DNA of 64,000 nt from Coleofasciculus sp. B1-GNL1-01 (GTDB lineage: Bacteria > Cyanobacteriota > Cyanobacteriia > Cyanobacteriales > Coleofasciculaceae): the NCBI GenBank assembly GCA_040220235.1, contig JAVJTO010000044.1. The stretch is one strand, 5' to 3'. Shown in pieces: positions 29,114 to 40,025 of the stretch. Positions within the stretch are counted from its first letter, which is position 1. Each line of letters starts with the position of its first letter. The notes beneath the pieces are model-generated. The model was not told the DNA's origin, searched no databases, and was given only the letters and a program-made list of their open reading frames with translations. Both the position numbers and the translations under genes were made by a program.

Positions 29114-29533
29114 TTAGGGGGTCGTGCCAAAAATTTGTTCCTTGAAAGACTTCACTTGTAAAGCTAAGTCTTCACGGTGGGCAGCATTGAGCAAATAGCG
29201 GCAAATAAACCAACTTACATAAGCAATGCCAATTATCTCTAGGAATAAGCCTAAGAAGGGAATCGTATTAATCGCATTCAGGACAGCCAGACTTAGCTTG
29301 AGACTGGTTAGGGCAGCTATAATCCAAGCAACCGCGATAAAAATTTGCTTGGTGTTCGTAACTCGGTCGTTTAGGTGATCAGAGAGAGTCTCTATCGTCT
29401 CGATCAAGGTGGAAATGAGTTGAACCCAAGGCTGTTTTTTTTCTTCTGTGAGAATTTCGCTGGTGATTTCCGGATGGCAGGTTTCCGAGTTGGAGTTAAC
29501 TGGCTGTTCAGGGATTGCCATTTTAGCAGTCAT
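29114..29533 (-). CDS. CAAD / CurT-like thylakoid curvature domain protein
   Basis: Two TM helices with AVLNAINTIPFL..FLEIIGIAY..WF..RYLL...R.DL. Confidence 0.8.
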   Translation of the reverse strand: MTAKMAIPEQPVNSNSETCHPEITSEILTEEKKQPWVQLISTLIETIETLSDHLNDRVTNTKQIFIAVAWIIAALTSLKLSLAVLNAINTIPFLGLFLEIIGIAYVSWFICRYLLNAAHREDLALQVKSFKEQIFGTTP

Positions 29534-29906
29534 TTTTTTATTTGGAGAACGACAATGCGCGAATGATGGAAGTGAGGGAATGTCGAGAACAAGGAGAGCG
29601 TCTTAAAGTTAAGACTTAAACTCTGATTTTGCTCAATCTATTACTTTACCCCTCGCTTTTCTTTAGTGTATTTATGAGAAGTGGTACGGGTCAATATTAT
29701 TGCTAAATCAACATAAAAGCTTAGCTATTTATTTATCATTACTTCAAAGTATTATGCTGCAATTTAATCTCTCTTGAATGGTTATAAGTAGTCGGACAAA
29801 ATTTATGTCCAGGTACTTACTCAGATCTTGTGTCCTTGGCGTTAAGTTGTTGGGTTTCGTCCCTCAACCCAACCTACAACGTTGACATGTACCCTGTAGG
29901 AGGGCT

Positions 29907-30034
29907 TAAGCTGTCATGCATTTAAATTGGGAATGGGTAGCGAGCAAGATGCAAAGCCTGCGGCATGGCTTCGCTAAACGCACTACACGGCTTTCGCCAT
30001 TATTGACATTAAGGTTTAAATGCCGAACAGCTTA
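29907..30034. mobile_element. MITE with imperfect TIRs and flanking TA, carrying an internal GTAG-REP
   Basis: TAAGCTGTcatGCATTTAAA...TTTAAATGCcgaACAGCTTA; an identical left end starts at 63947 and the internal part recurs at 10869..10924. Confidence 0.75.
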
Positions 30035-30297
30035 GTCTTCTACAATGTCTAAGTATTGAATAGTCTTGTGGGGGGGTAAGGAGCAGGGGAAGCTGAGGGA
30101 GCTTCGTCCCTTCCTTCACTAGGATTAACGCTACGTCTGGTGTCAAGTTACTTACACAAATCTTAATGGAAAAACCTAGCTGTCAATCATGGCGATCGCG
30201 AATCGCTATCATCGATTAGTTCTGCTACTGCAAGTCATCATAGCCATAATAATCAAAAACCGAATAACATACCATTAGTCATTCCCACTTCTCAACT

Positions 30298-31179
30298 ATG
30301 ACGTTCTATCGCTGGCTGCCTATCCTTTCCACCGTGATTTGCCTGGTTGCCCCAATCTCCAATCCAGCAACGGCACAATCATCCTCACCGTCTGAAAATA
30401 CCTGTCCAGCACCTGCCCTTTCGCGCTTGCAGAAACACAAAGTCGCGCCGGGTGAAACATTAGATAGTATTGCTGAACGATACAGTCTAATCCCAGAAAC
30501 CTTAGCAGAACTCAATCCTAGCTTGTCAGGGAAATCCATGCCCGTGGGTCGAGAGATTCTGATTCCTCCCTTTAATGGAATTCAGGTGCAAGTTCCGGCG
30601 GGGGCTAGCTGGCAAGACTTAGCTGGGGCTTATGGTATCCGTGCTGATATTTTATTTGAGGTCAATGGCTGTGTGCTACAACCACCAGGAGTTGTTTTTG
30701 TCTCAGGGGTGAATTGGGTACTGGCAAATCGCAAGCCTGTGGAAAACTATACTGGATTTTCTGGTTATCCCTTGCCCCAGTTAGCGCCCATGGGGTTTAA
30801 TTACGGTTGGCATCAAAATGGCGATGGACAAACTCAGTTTCACAGTGGTATTGATCTATTGGCAGACCCTGGAACCACGGTGTTAGCGGTAGATTCCGGT
30901 ACAGTTGCCTTTGCGGGTCAACAAGGAACCTATGGTAATTTAGTTGTGATCAATCACCAAGGTGGACGCCAAACCCGGTATGCTCATTTAAGTCGTCTTT
31001 CGGTGAGAACGGGTCAACGGATCAAACCGGGAACACCCTTAGGGGCGGTGGGTACTACAGGAAGTCCAGACATTGACCAACCTCATTTGCATTTTGAAGT
31101 TCGCTTCAACGCGCCTGCGGGTTGGGTAGCCCAAGACCCGGAGTTACATTTGACGGCAAGACCGATAAATGACGAATGA
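30298..31179 (+). CDS. LysM + M23 metallopeptidase
   Basis: Signal peptide, LysM (GETLDSIAERY), HSGIDL, YAHLS and PHLHFEVR motifs. Confidence 0.92.
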   Translation: MTFYRWLPILSTVICLVAPISNPATAQSSSPSENTCPAPALSRLQKHKVAPGETLDSIAERYSLIPETLAELNPSLSGKSMPVGREILIPPFNGIQVQVPAGASWQDLAGAYGIRADILFEVNGCVLQPPGVVFVSGVNWVLANRKPVENYTGFSGYPLPQLAPMGFNYGWHQNGDGQTQFHSGIDLLADPGTTVLAVDSGTVAFAGQQGTYGNLVVINHQGGRQTRYAHLSRLSVRTGQRIKPGTPLGAVGTTGSPDIDQPHLHFEVRFNAPAGWVAQDPELHLTARPINDE

Positions 31180-32306
31180 CGAACTTTATCATATCATTAC
31201 GTCGCAGCGGAGCATTGTTGCTGTCAGTGGGTACGGTCAGCTTCTTGTGTGGTATGGGTTATGGTGTTGTCCAAAGCTATCCTGAACCCCCAGCAGAACC
31301 AATCATTCAACCTCAATCGGATATCCCCACAGAACCCCCGCCGCCGAATGTGACGGTTCAGATTAAAGCCGTGGGGGATATTATTCCGGGTACGAATTAT
31401 CCTCAGAATAAACTGCATCCCAATAAAGCGGTTCTTTTCCAAGCCGTTCAACCCAGCCTGCAAGGTGCTGATTTATTATTTGGTAATTATGAGAGTACTT
31501 TAACGAATTATCCCTATTCTGCTAAGTCGATAGGGGGATTAATTATCGCCTTTCGCACGCCGCCTGATTATGCCTCTTTGTTAAAAGAGGTGGGCTTTGA
31601 TATTATGAGCGTTGCCAACAACCATTCTTATGATTTCTCACGTCAAGGATTTGCAGATACTATTAATAATTTGGAACAGGCTGGAGTTAAAGCATTAGGC
31701 GAAAAGAATCAGATTTTATATGCTAACATTAATGATCTATGGATTGCTTGGATTGGTTTTAGTTATTTTAATTATCACAATTCGTTGAATGATTTGCCTG
31801 CCGCTATAGCATTAGTGGAAGAAGCCAGTCAAAATGCTCATATCGTGATTATTTCCGTTCATGCAGGGGCAGAAGGTACTGGGGCAATGCACGTTCGCAA
31901 TCAAACGGAGTATTTTTTTGGCGAAAATCGTGGCAATCTGGTTAAGTTTTCCCGGACGATGATTGACCATGGCGCTGATTTAATTCTCGGACATGGACCT
32001 CATGTTCCTAGAGCTTTGGAGCATTATCAAGGGAAGTTAATTGCCTATTCTTTAGGTAATTTTATGGGATATCGGACGCTCTCGACTCAAGCTCAATTGG
32101 CGTATTCTTTGGTATTGGAGGTAGAGTTGGATAACCAAGGTGATTTGGTTTCGGGTCAAATTATTCCAATTCTGCTCAATCGTCAGGGGATTCCTTACCC
32201 GGATTCCCAAGGGCGCACGATTCGACTGATGCGCCAGCTTACTCAGAGTGATTTTCCGAATACTCCTTTACAGATTGATTCAACGGGTAAAATTATGCCC
32301 CAGTAA
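31176..32306 (+). CDS. CapA / PGA_cap family metallophosphoesterase
   Basis: AVGDI, GNYES, SVANNHSYD, SVHAGAE, GHGPHV and YSLGNF motifs. Confidence 0.9.
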   Translation: MTNFIISLRRSGALLLSVGTVSFLCGMGYGVVQSYPEPPAEPIIQPQSDIPTEPPPPNVTVQIKAVGDIIPGTNYPQNKLHPNKAVLFQAVQPSLQGADLLFGNYESTLTNYPYSAKSIGGLIIAFRTPPDYASLLKEVGFDIMSVANNHSYDFSRQGFADTINNLEQAGVKALGEKNQILYANINDLWIAWIGFSYFNYHNSLNDLPAAIALVEEASQNAHIVIISVHAGAEGTGAMHVRNQTEYFFGENRGNLVKFSRTMIDHGADLILGHGPHVPRALEHYQGKLIAYSLGNFMGYRTLSTQAQLAYSLVLEVELDNQGDLVSGQIIPILLNRQGIPYPDSQGRTIRLMRQLTQSDFPNTPLQIDSTGKIMPQ

Positions 32307-32469
32307 TTGTCATTGGTTATTGGTCATTGGTCAAATAATTATTCACTTGGAAAGGGCGGGTTTAGTTACATCAGGGTCAAACACAAAGGATTATAGTGAA
32401 ACCCGCCCCTACAAATTAAAAAACTCATGCGCCAGGTTCCCTCGAAGGTCGTGAAGGATCAAAACTATT

Positions 32470-33174
32470 TCATTCTCCATCCTTTTTTTGACTCGAATTT
32501 TTCCCTTCAGAGAATCGTTCTTTGAGTTTATCCCCAGCGGCTTTGGCTTGGTCGGTGAGATTATCTGTAACCTGGGGAACACCTTGTTTTAGGGATTCTA
32601 CATGCTGAAGGGTTTTCTTGTAGTCACGGCGAATAAATTCTGCGGCTTGACTCATGCGTTCATGGACGCCTTCGGTATATTTCTCACTGTTTTTTACTGC
32701 CGCCTCTAGTACAATAATTCGCTTTTTTCCCACACTAGAAACGGCGGCGGGTGCAAGGGTATAAATCCCGTCAATGATTCCTTGCCAACCACTGGAGGAA
32801 TATAAGTAATTCACGATGGCTCCGGTTTGGGGTTCAATTATATAATCAACCAGTTTGCCGACTTGGTTTCCAGCATCTGTCCAGACTTCTACACCAATGC
32901 GAGACTCGAGGGGTTCAGTGGTTTCCGAGGCGGTTTCTTCCTTAAGGCTGTTGACAAGAATGCTATCGCTGCCAATAGTATTGACTTGTTCCCAGGTAAA
33001 GTGGTGTTTTTTGCCGCCGAGAAACCCGGACTTGCAGGTTAACCCAACGACGCAGTGGGCTTGCAAATCAAGCCATAGCTGTGTCACTCGACCGACTTCT
33101 TCAGCGGTATGACGATTTAAGACTAATCGGTTTAGGAGTTCGCTTTGCTTGAGAACTTCGGCTTTTGCGGACAT
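32470..33174 (-). CDS. PRC-barrel domain protein
   Basis: Two PRC-like repeats (SELLNRLVL...EEVGRV; GVEVWTDAGNQVGKLVDY). Confidence 0.8.
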   Translation of the reverse strand: MSAKAEVLKQSELLNRLVLNRHTAEEVGRVTQLWLDLQAHCVVGLTCKSGFLGGKKHHFTWEQVNTIGSDSILVNSLKEETASETTEPLESRIGVEVWTDAGNQVGKLVDYIIEPQTGAIVNYLYSSSGWQGIIDGIYTLAPAAVSSVGKKRIIVLEAAVKNSEKYTEGVHERMSQAAEFIRRDYKKTLQHVESLKQGVPQVTDNLTDQAKAAGDKLKERFSEGKNSSQKKDGE

Positions 33175-33266
33175 CAGATACCTCGCTTGAGCTATTCTTG
33201 AGACAATGTGACTTGCTGTTCGATCAAGTGCTTTGTGTTGTGTATTTAAATTTTAGCTGACAACGG

Positions 33267-33629
33267 ATGCGATTATTTTTAATTTTAGCGGTTGTTATCG
33301 CCATCTTAGCAATTATTTTTGCGTTGCAAAATGCTGTGCCTATCGCCGTTACTTTAGGGATTTGGCGAGTCGAGATATCTTTGGCGTTAGTTCTAGTCTT
33401 AACGCTAGGGGTTGGCGTTGTGGTGGGATTATTGGTATCGGTCCCATCCCTGATGCGGCAAAATTGGAAACTTGCTCATCAGAAGCGACACAACAAAGAC
33501 TTAGAGAAAGAATTAAATGAGCAAACTCAGCAACTGGCGAATCAGCAAAAACGGATTGAATATCTGGAAAATAGTTTAAAGTTCAATCTAGATTCTTCTG
33601 AATCAACTGATCGGGATGTAAATGCATAG
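33267..33629 (+). CDS. LapA (DUF1049) family membrane protein
   Basis: IFALQN..P..V, a second TM helix and a C-terminal coiled coil. Confidence 0.8.
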   Translation: MRLFLILAVVIAILAIIFALQNAVPIAVTLGIWRVEISLALVLVLTLGVGVVVGLLVSVPSLMRQNWKLAHQKRHNKDLEKELNEQTQQLANQQKRIEYLENSLKFNLDSSESTDRDVNA

Positions 33630-33767
33630 GCTATTTATGGGGGAGGTTTTGCCTATAATCCCTTCTTGTGGCATTAGCAAGGAGAGGAAACCAGAAAATC
33701 GAATGGCTTTAGGTTTCCCCCTACAGAGAATACGTGATGCGATCGCGGTATCAGTCTCTTCTGCCTT

Positions 33768-34115
33768 TTACTTTTCCTTGAACAGCGAGTTAAACTGGGC
33801 TTTAAGCGATGGCATATCGGCGATTCGTGACACCAGTACACTGGCGTTCCCGGCATCCTCTAGACGATCTTTCCAATAGCGAATCCGATCCGGGTGATTC
33901 ATCCAGAATTGAATCACGGTGTCCACCGCTCTATCCATATTCCATCCCTTCTGAGTAGGAACGGTTTCAACCGATTCTAAGAAGGCATCCAAGGTACATT
34001 GATAGGTTCCCAAATATTCAACGCCTGGGGGAGTTGCCTTTTCACCGATCCGCTGTTGATGATTAAAAAAGTCCAGGATAGGCGAAACGCCAAGGATATC
34101 AAATGTATAGTTCAT
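33768..34115 (-). CDS. Conserved hypothetical protein
   Basis: 115 aa clean ORF (MNYTFDILGVSPIL.FF..Q...Y.CTLDAFL). Confidence 0.7.
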   Translation of the reverse strand: MNYTFDILGVSPILDFFNHQQRIGEKATPPGVEYLGTYQCTLDAFLESVETVPTQKGWNMDRAVDTVIQFWMNHPDRIRYWKDRLEDAGNASVLVSRIADMPSLKAQFNSLFKEK

Positions 34116-34247
34116 GGAATTTAATCTCTACTTTTACAGCCGTTATCCCCAATTTTAATTAAATAAATTGATTCTAGATTATCATTGTGAACAGTTTTAT
34201 GAAAATTTTATTTAACGGTCGAGGGTAAGTTAAAGTAAGTCGTGAAA

Positions 34248-34274
34248 TTAGCACTCGATGCCATTGAGTGCTAA
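34248..34274. promoter_or_regulatory. CIRCE element (HrcA operator)
   Basis: Exact TTAGCACTC-N9(gatgccatt)-GAGTGCTAA. Confidence 0.9.
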
Positions 34275-34327
34275 TAAAAACCAGAGAAATTCGGTAGTTT
34301 AGCAACAACGAATGACCAAGAACTAAA

Positions 34328-36304
34328 ATGAACATACTCCTGGCGGGTCACTATCAAATCATCAAATACTTAGGCGGTGGCGGTTTCGGTCAAACGTTTC
34401 TGGCTAGAGATAGCCATTTACCGGGGAATCCCTGGTGTGTGGTTAAGCAACTCAAACCTCAGCTAAACCAGCCGCAAGCCCTGGAAACGGCAAAACGCTT
34501 ATTTGAACGGGAAGCGCAAACCCTGTATCGCTTGGGAACCCACGATCAAATCCCCCGATTGCTGGCGCACTTTGAGCAAGATGAGGAGTTTTACTTGGTG
34601 CAGGAGTTTGTCGAGGGTCAACCCCTGAACCAAGAATTTGCTCTGGGTCAAAAAATCACTGAATCAGAAGCGATCGCACTGCTTAACGATATCTTAAAGG
34701 TCTTAGCCTTTGTTCACCAACAGCAGGTGATTCACCGCGACATTAAACCCGCCAACTTGATTCGCCGTCGTCGCGATCGCAAAATTGTGTTGATTGATTT
34801 TGGTGTGGTCAAAGCCGTTAGTACGCCCGCCTCTAACCTTTATGGCGCAACCAGTATCACTGTAGCTGTGGGTTCTCCCGGTTATATGCCCAGCGAACAA
34901 CAAGTCGGTCAACCTTATTTTAGTAGTGATATCTACGCCGTGGGGATGGTGGTGTTGCAAGCCTTAACTGGATTAAGTCCCACCAGTAAGCAAACCTCTC
35001 AGAGACTCCCTCGTGATCAGTATGGAGAATTTTCTTGCACCTTACTGCGCGATCGCATGACGATTCATCCCGGTTTAGCCGCTATTCTAGATAAGATGGT
35101 GCGCTATGACTATCGACAGCGATATCGAGACGCCAGTGAAGCCCTGCAAGCCCTAGATCAATTCCGCCACCATACCCAAGGCGATGAACCCATTACTCAT
35201 CCGCAAACCCTGGTTGTCCCCACCACTCATCCTCAATCACCCATCACTGATCACCAAACCCCCACATTACCCTTTTCCTCACCTCAGACGCTAGATGAAC
35301 CCGAAGGACAGGTAAGTTTGAATTCTAGCTTTTACGTCGAGCGTCCTCCTGTAGAATCAGACTGTTATAATGCTATTCTCAAACCCGGTGCTTTAATTCG
35401 GGTAAAAGCGCCGCGACAAATGGGCAAAAGTTCGTTACTCTCACGGATTCTCAACTATGCCAGTCAGCAAGGCTATCGCACCGTTTGCCTGAATTTTCAA
35501 TCGGCTGATGCAGAGTTTCTCACCAGTTTAGATCAATTTTTACAATGGTTTTGTGCCAGCGTGAGCTGGAATTTAGGCTTAGACGATCGCTTAGACACCT
35601 ATTGGCGAGGAATTTTAGGCAGTAAGAATAAATGTACCGATTATTTTCAACGCTATTTATTATCGCAAACCACTCGTCCTTTAGTATTGGGATTAGATGA
35701 AGTGGATCAAGTTTTCCAATATCCAGACATCGCCACAGACTTTTTTGGACTGTTGCGAGCATGGCATGAGCAGGGGAAGAACCAGGCAATTTGGCAGCGA
35801 CTGCGATTAGTGTTTGTTCATTCTAAAGAAGTTTATATTCCCCTGAATATTAATCAATCCCCTTTTAATGTTGGCATACCGATTGAACTCCCGGAATTGA
35901 ATCCGGTACAAGTCTGGGATTTAGTCCAGCGCCATTCTCTAGATTGGCAACCCAACCAGGTGGAAGAACTGATGAGTATGACTGGAGGACATCCCTATCT
36001 GGTGCGAGTCGCACTTTATCAAATCGCCCGAGGGAAGATGACATTGGAGAAATTGCTGCAAGTTGCGCCGACGGAAGAAGGACCCTTCTATGACCATTTA
36101 CGTCGCCATTTATTAAATTTAGAAGAAAATGCCGAATTGGTGGCAGCGATTCAGCAAGTTGTGGCGGCGAATCAGCCTGTTGAAATTAAAGCCGCCGCTG
36201 CGTTTAAATTACGCAGTATGGGACTGGTGAAGTTTCAGGGAAACGCTGTCACACCCTTGTGTCAGATGTATCGCCGCTATTTTCGCGATCGGCTCAAAAA
36301 TTAA
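34328..36304 (+). CDS. Ser/Thr protein kinase fused to AAA-like (AAA_35/STAND-type) NTPase
   Basis: Kinase motifs LGGGGFG, HRDIKPAN, DFG; NTPase motifs YVERPP, KAPRQMGKSS, LGLDEVD and SPFNVG. Confidence 0.92.
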   Translation: MNILLAGHYQIIKYLGGGGFGQTFLARDSHLPGNPWCVVKQLKPQLNQPQALETAKRLFEREAQTLYRLGTHDQIPRLLAHFEQDEEFYLVQEFVEGQPLNQEFALGQKITESEAIALLNDILKVLAFVHQQQVIHRDIKPANLIRRRRDRKIVLIDFGVVKAVSTPASNLYGATSITVAVGSPGYMPSEQQVGQPYFSSDIYAVGMVVLQALTGLSPTSKQTSQRLPRDQYGEFSCTLLRDRMTIHPGLAAILDKMVRYDYRQRYRDASEALQALDQFRHHTQGDEPITHPQTLVVPTTHPQSPITDHQTPTLPFSSPQTLDEPEGQVSLNSSFYVERPPVESDCYNAILKPGALIRVKAPRQMGKSSLLSRILNYASQQGYRTVCLNFQSADAEFLTSLDQFLQWFCASVSWNLGLDDRLDTYWRGILGSKNKCTDYFQRYLLSQTTRPLVLGLDEVDQVFQYPDIATDFFGLLRAWHEQGKNQAIWQRLRLVFVHSKEVYIPLNINQSPFNVGIPIELPELNPVQVWDLVQRHSLDWQPNQVEELMSMTGGHPYLVRVALYQIARGKMTLEKLLQVAPTEEGPFYDHLRRHLLNLEENAELVAAIQQVVAANQPVEIKAAAAFKLRSMGLVKFQGNAVTPLCQMYRRYFRDRLKN

Positions 36305-36452
36305 TCGCCAATCTGAATACAGCGTTAACATTGCGCCACCCACTGATAACGTGACTCAATCCGCCCATCTCACGTTTACTTTTACCTTCTACCTTTTGCT
36401 AGATTATCAAATTCAGGTTTATCATAGAGAATAAGTCTCTACGAATTAATTA

Positions 36453-37394
36453 ATGGTATCTGCAACCTGTTCTCTATCCATCATGGTGGCGCGAACTGAC
36501 ATCCCCTTCATGATGCATACGATTCCTCATATTGTAAGGATGTGTAATTATCCGTTTACGCAACGCCTTTTAGCTGTAGATACAGCGCCCTTGTCCGGTG
36601 ACAAAGTGAATCGTCCGGGTGTGGGAACAATGGAACAACTCCGGGATTATTGTGATCAACTATTAACAGCAGGTGTAGTTGACAAGGTTGTTGATATTGA
36701 TTACTCTCCAGAGTATCAGAAACGGATTTATCAAAAACATTTTGGCGATCGCATACGCCCGAGTCATAATTACAAAGGGTATCCAATTCTCGGCACAATT
36801 TTCTCCATTGAAGAAGTTCCGGGAGACTATGTGGTTCACTTTGATAGTGATATGCTGATTCATCAGCAACCGGACTACAGTTGGATAGAAGAGGGGATTA
36901 AGTTACTGCAAAACCATCCTGATGTGATGTCCGTTAGACCCCTAACTGGTCCCCCCAAAGAAGATGGAGACATTAATCAACGGGTTCCTTACGAACGAGA
37001 TCCGGCGGGGTTCTATAAATTTAAGTTTTTTAGCAGTCGTGTTTATTTGAGCGATCGCAAACGTTTTGATAGCTTACTTCCCCTCTCCGTTCTCTGGAGA
37101 TCTTACAAAAATAAAGCTTTGAATGGATTACCTAACTCGATAAAAACCAAACTAAATTATTTGACCGGGAAAGGGAAATTAGACTCTTGGGAAATTATGG
37201 TATCACAACGCTTGGAAGAAACCGCCTATGTGCGAGCAGTTCTGGATTCCCCCCAAGCTTGGACGGTTCACCCCAAAAATCGAGAACCCGAATTTATCGC
37301 AGCGCTCCCCAAACTGATAGAGAAGATTGAGCAAGGATGGTATCCACCCGAACAAGCTGGGTATTATGATCTCATTTTTGAGCATTGGTTATAA
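36453..37394 (+). CDS. Putative GT-A fold glycosyltransferase
   Basis: VHFDSDM DxD motif; glycosylation gene neighbourhood. Confidence 0.55.
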   Translation: MVSATCSLSIMVARTDIPFMMHTIPHIVRMCNYPFTQRLLAVDTAPLSGDKVNRPGVGTMEQLRDYCDQLLTAGVVDKVVDIDYSPEYQKRIYQKHFGDRIRPSHNYKGYPILGTIFSIEEVPGDYVVHFDSDMLIHQQPDYSWIEEGIKLLQNHPDVMSVRPLTGPPKEDGDINQRVPYERDPAGFYKFKFFSSRVYLSDRKRFDSLLPLSVLWRSYKNKALNGLPNSIKTKLNYLTGKGKLDSWEIMVSQRLEETAYVRAVLDSPQAWTVHPKNREPEFIAALPKLIEKIEQGWYPPEQAGYYDLIFEHWL

Positions 37395-37464
37395 GTACAA
37401 AAGTTCTGAGAAGTTTATTTTAACCTAATTTACTGCTAAATACTATTGAATTTATGAAAGATTA

Positions 37465-38307
37465 TCATGAAGTAAATCCCGCTTTTATGAAATGCTCTTT
37501 CAATATATCTTTGTGTAAATAAATATTCTTGCTTTCTGGTTGTGCTGGAGCATTACTAGGTACATCTTTAAGCTGATTATTAGCAAATTTATTAAGCTCA
37601 TTTAATAGTTTTTTATTTCCCTTAGCGTTTTTTGTTGCCGTAAATTTCCTGATAATATCATTTCTTTTACTGCCGATGAAAGGAGATTTTAAATTAACTA
37701 ATTTTATTTCATATTCTTGATTAATTTTATCATAAGCTTTCCATAAAGTTAGCTGATCAAGATACTTGCTGTCTTGTGGCTGCTCAAGTAAACGCCAAAG
37801 CTGTCTAACCCACTCTCGAGTTAGAGCTTTAGCTGCTGGAGAATTAGATAAACCTAATACATTCATTGTCAATCTTAAAAATTCATATCTCATGTGCGGT
37901 CTAGCAAAAATCAAGAAATCTCCCCGTTGGAAAAGACAACTAAATTTATTTAAATTTTGATATACAATTAAGTCAGAATCTAATTGAAGTAAGTTTTCCA
38001 CCGAACTATCTTGTCTAAGTTCATCAATTAAAAAAATTCTTCTTGCTAAAGAATATAAACGCTGTTCATAGGCGTGATAGAATTGCCTTTGCTCGTAAAT
38101 AAATTCTATGTTGTCACAATTACTAAACTCTTGGAATTCCTCCTCTGCTATATTGATAGCTAGAATTATCACCTTTACTCGCGGAGAATTTTTTATAATA
38201 GAGCGCAGCAATATTTTTCCATAATCTAAATATTTATTGTCAAAGCTAGTGCTTACTGTGAGTTTAGCATCTTTAGGTTTAAATGCTTGAATTAACTGAG
38301 TTATCAT
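37465..38307 (-). CDS. Putative glycosyltransferase (AT-rich)
   Basis: FDNKYL..G..LLRSI, LQLDSDLIV (DxD) and YLDQ motifs; start at MITQL is inferred. Confidence 0.55.
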   Translation of the reverse strand: MITQLIQAFKPKDAKLTVSTSFDNKYLDYGKILLRSIIKNSPRVKVIILAINIAEEEFQEFSNCDNIEFIYEQRQFYHAYEQRLYSLARRIFLIDELRQDSSVENLLQLDSDLIVYQNLNKFSCLFQRGDFLIFARPHMRYEFLRLTMNVLGLSNSPAAKALTREWVRQLWRLLEQPQDSKYLDQLTLWKAYDKINQEYEIKLVNLKSPFIGSKRNDIIRKFTATKNAKGNKKLLNELNKFANNQLKDVPSNAPAQPESKNIYLHKDILKEHFIKAGFTS

Positions 38308-38512
38308 TTCTACTCTACCATTACTACCCAATTCTAATCAAACAAACTGGCGATCAGTCCTAGATATATCCATAGCATAGGTATTTACCAACGGTCAAGA
38401 GTTTCACAATTACCGATTGAGGAAGGGATAGGGTAATATCATCTGCCAGCCAAATTTGACGCCAGGGATTGTCACCCAATTTTTGCTTAAACTGATAGCG
38501 ATCGCACACCGA

Positions 38513-39875
38513 CTAATACACTCGTTGAGTGCCACGACTACAAGCAAATTTTCCCTGGGAATAGGTCGGTTCTGGAGGTTTTATCTTACCAGAAACATTG
38601 GCTTCACATAGAATTTCTCTGGTTGTCAGAGTACCCGGTGTTTCATGGATATCCAAATCAGTGGTAGGGACGCTAAAAACTCCTCCTACATAACTTTTTC
38701 GGTTATTTTTACGGGAAATGGCGTAATTAAAAACAGAAGAACCTTGATTGTGAGTGGAATAGCGATAGTTCTTCGTCTGATTCGGAATACTTCGATTCAG
38801 TTGAGACAGGGAATCGGCAAAAACTGAATGTTTTAAATAGTAAGCTTGCTGACTGCGGTTCATCGAACTTACATAATCTTTAGCATCCGGTTCAGGAGTT
38901 TTTTGGGTATGCAAAAAATTTGGCACAATCAGGCTGATTGCGATACTGGCAACAATAAACTGAAGGAAGGTCAAGCCAGCAAGACGACCATAGCGCACGC
39001 GATCGCGAAAGGTCAAACCATCTTGATGATCATAACGCACGCCAGACTGCCCCGACTTTCTAATGGAGTCTCCGCCTGATTTTAAAGCCGATAGCGCTTG
39101 ACGCGCCCCCGTAAACCGTCGTTCTGGTGCAGGTTCTGTCAGACATTCCAACCATTGTGCAAAATGGGGAGTGAGATTGACATAATCGCTAAATTGTAAG
39201 CGCATCTGATGTTGGGGTAAATCAGCAGGTGCTATTCCCGTTAATAAATGAATTAATGTCGCCCCTAATGCGTAAAGATCCGAGGCGGGAACGACTTTTC
39301 CCCAAAGTTGTTCTGGTGGTGCATAGCCACTGGTTCCTACTACTGTAAAGGTTACACCTTCTGCGGTAGCGCGGTCTTGTACCGCACCAAAATCAACCAG
39401 ATAAACCTGTCCATCCTGGCTCAAAATTAAATTACTCGGTTTAATATCACGATGAAATACAGGGGGCGATAGTTCATGCAAATCGATGAGAATTTCTAAA
39501 ATACTCTCGGCAATTTGACAAACTTCTGCTTCTGTGAATCGTTTTCCCTGATCCAATAGCGTTTGTAAAGAGTCCCCAGCAATGTAATCTTGGACTAAGC
39601 CAAACCAAGGTAATCCCTCTCCGAATTGCTTTTCAATGGTGAAGAAATCACGATACTCCGGAATTCGGGGATGATTAAGATGCTGAAGCACTTGCGCTTC
39701 TCGTTCAAATAGCTTTAACTCATCCCAATGCATTTGCGGATTAAACGCTAATAGCTTCACCACGACAGGTTGCGGCGGTGACAGGCTAATATCTTGGGCT
39801 AACCAAGTTTGACGCCCCGCATTTTGTCCGAGTTTTCTTTCGAGTTGATAACGTTCGGCTAACATTTGTTTTTTC
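38513..39875 (-). CDS. Ser/Thr kinase with TM helix and type IV pilin-like G/H C-terminal domain
   Basis: HRDIKPSN and DFG; C-terminal AKDYVSSMNRSQQAYYL...KSYVGGVF...ILCE...C pilin-like pattern. Confidence 0.85.
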
Positions 39876-40025
39876 ATTTGCCATTCGTCATTTTCTTCAA
39901 ATATAAACGACGAGAGGGCGGGTTTTGTTGATAAGTTATCGGTAGACCCGTCAATTAAATCTCTAAACCCGCCCCTACAATACCATATAATTTTTTGTTT
40001 ACTACCCTTTTCCCATTCTACCCTC

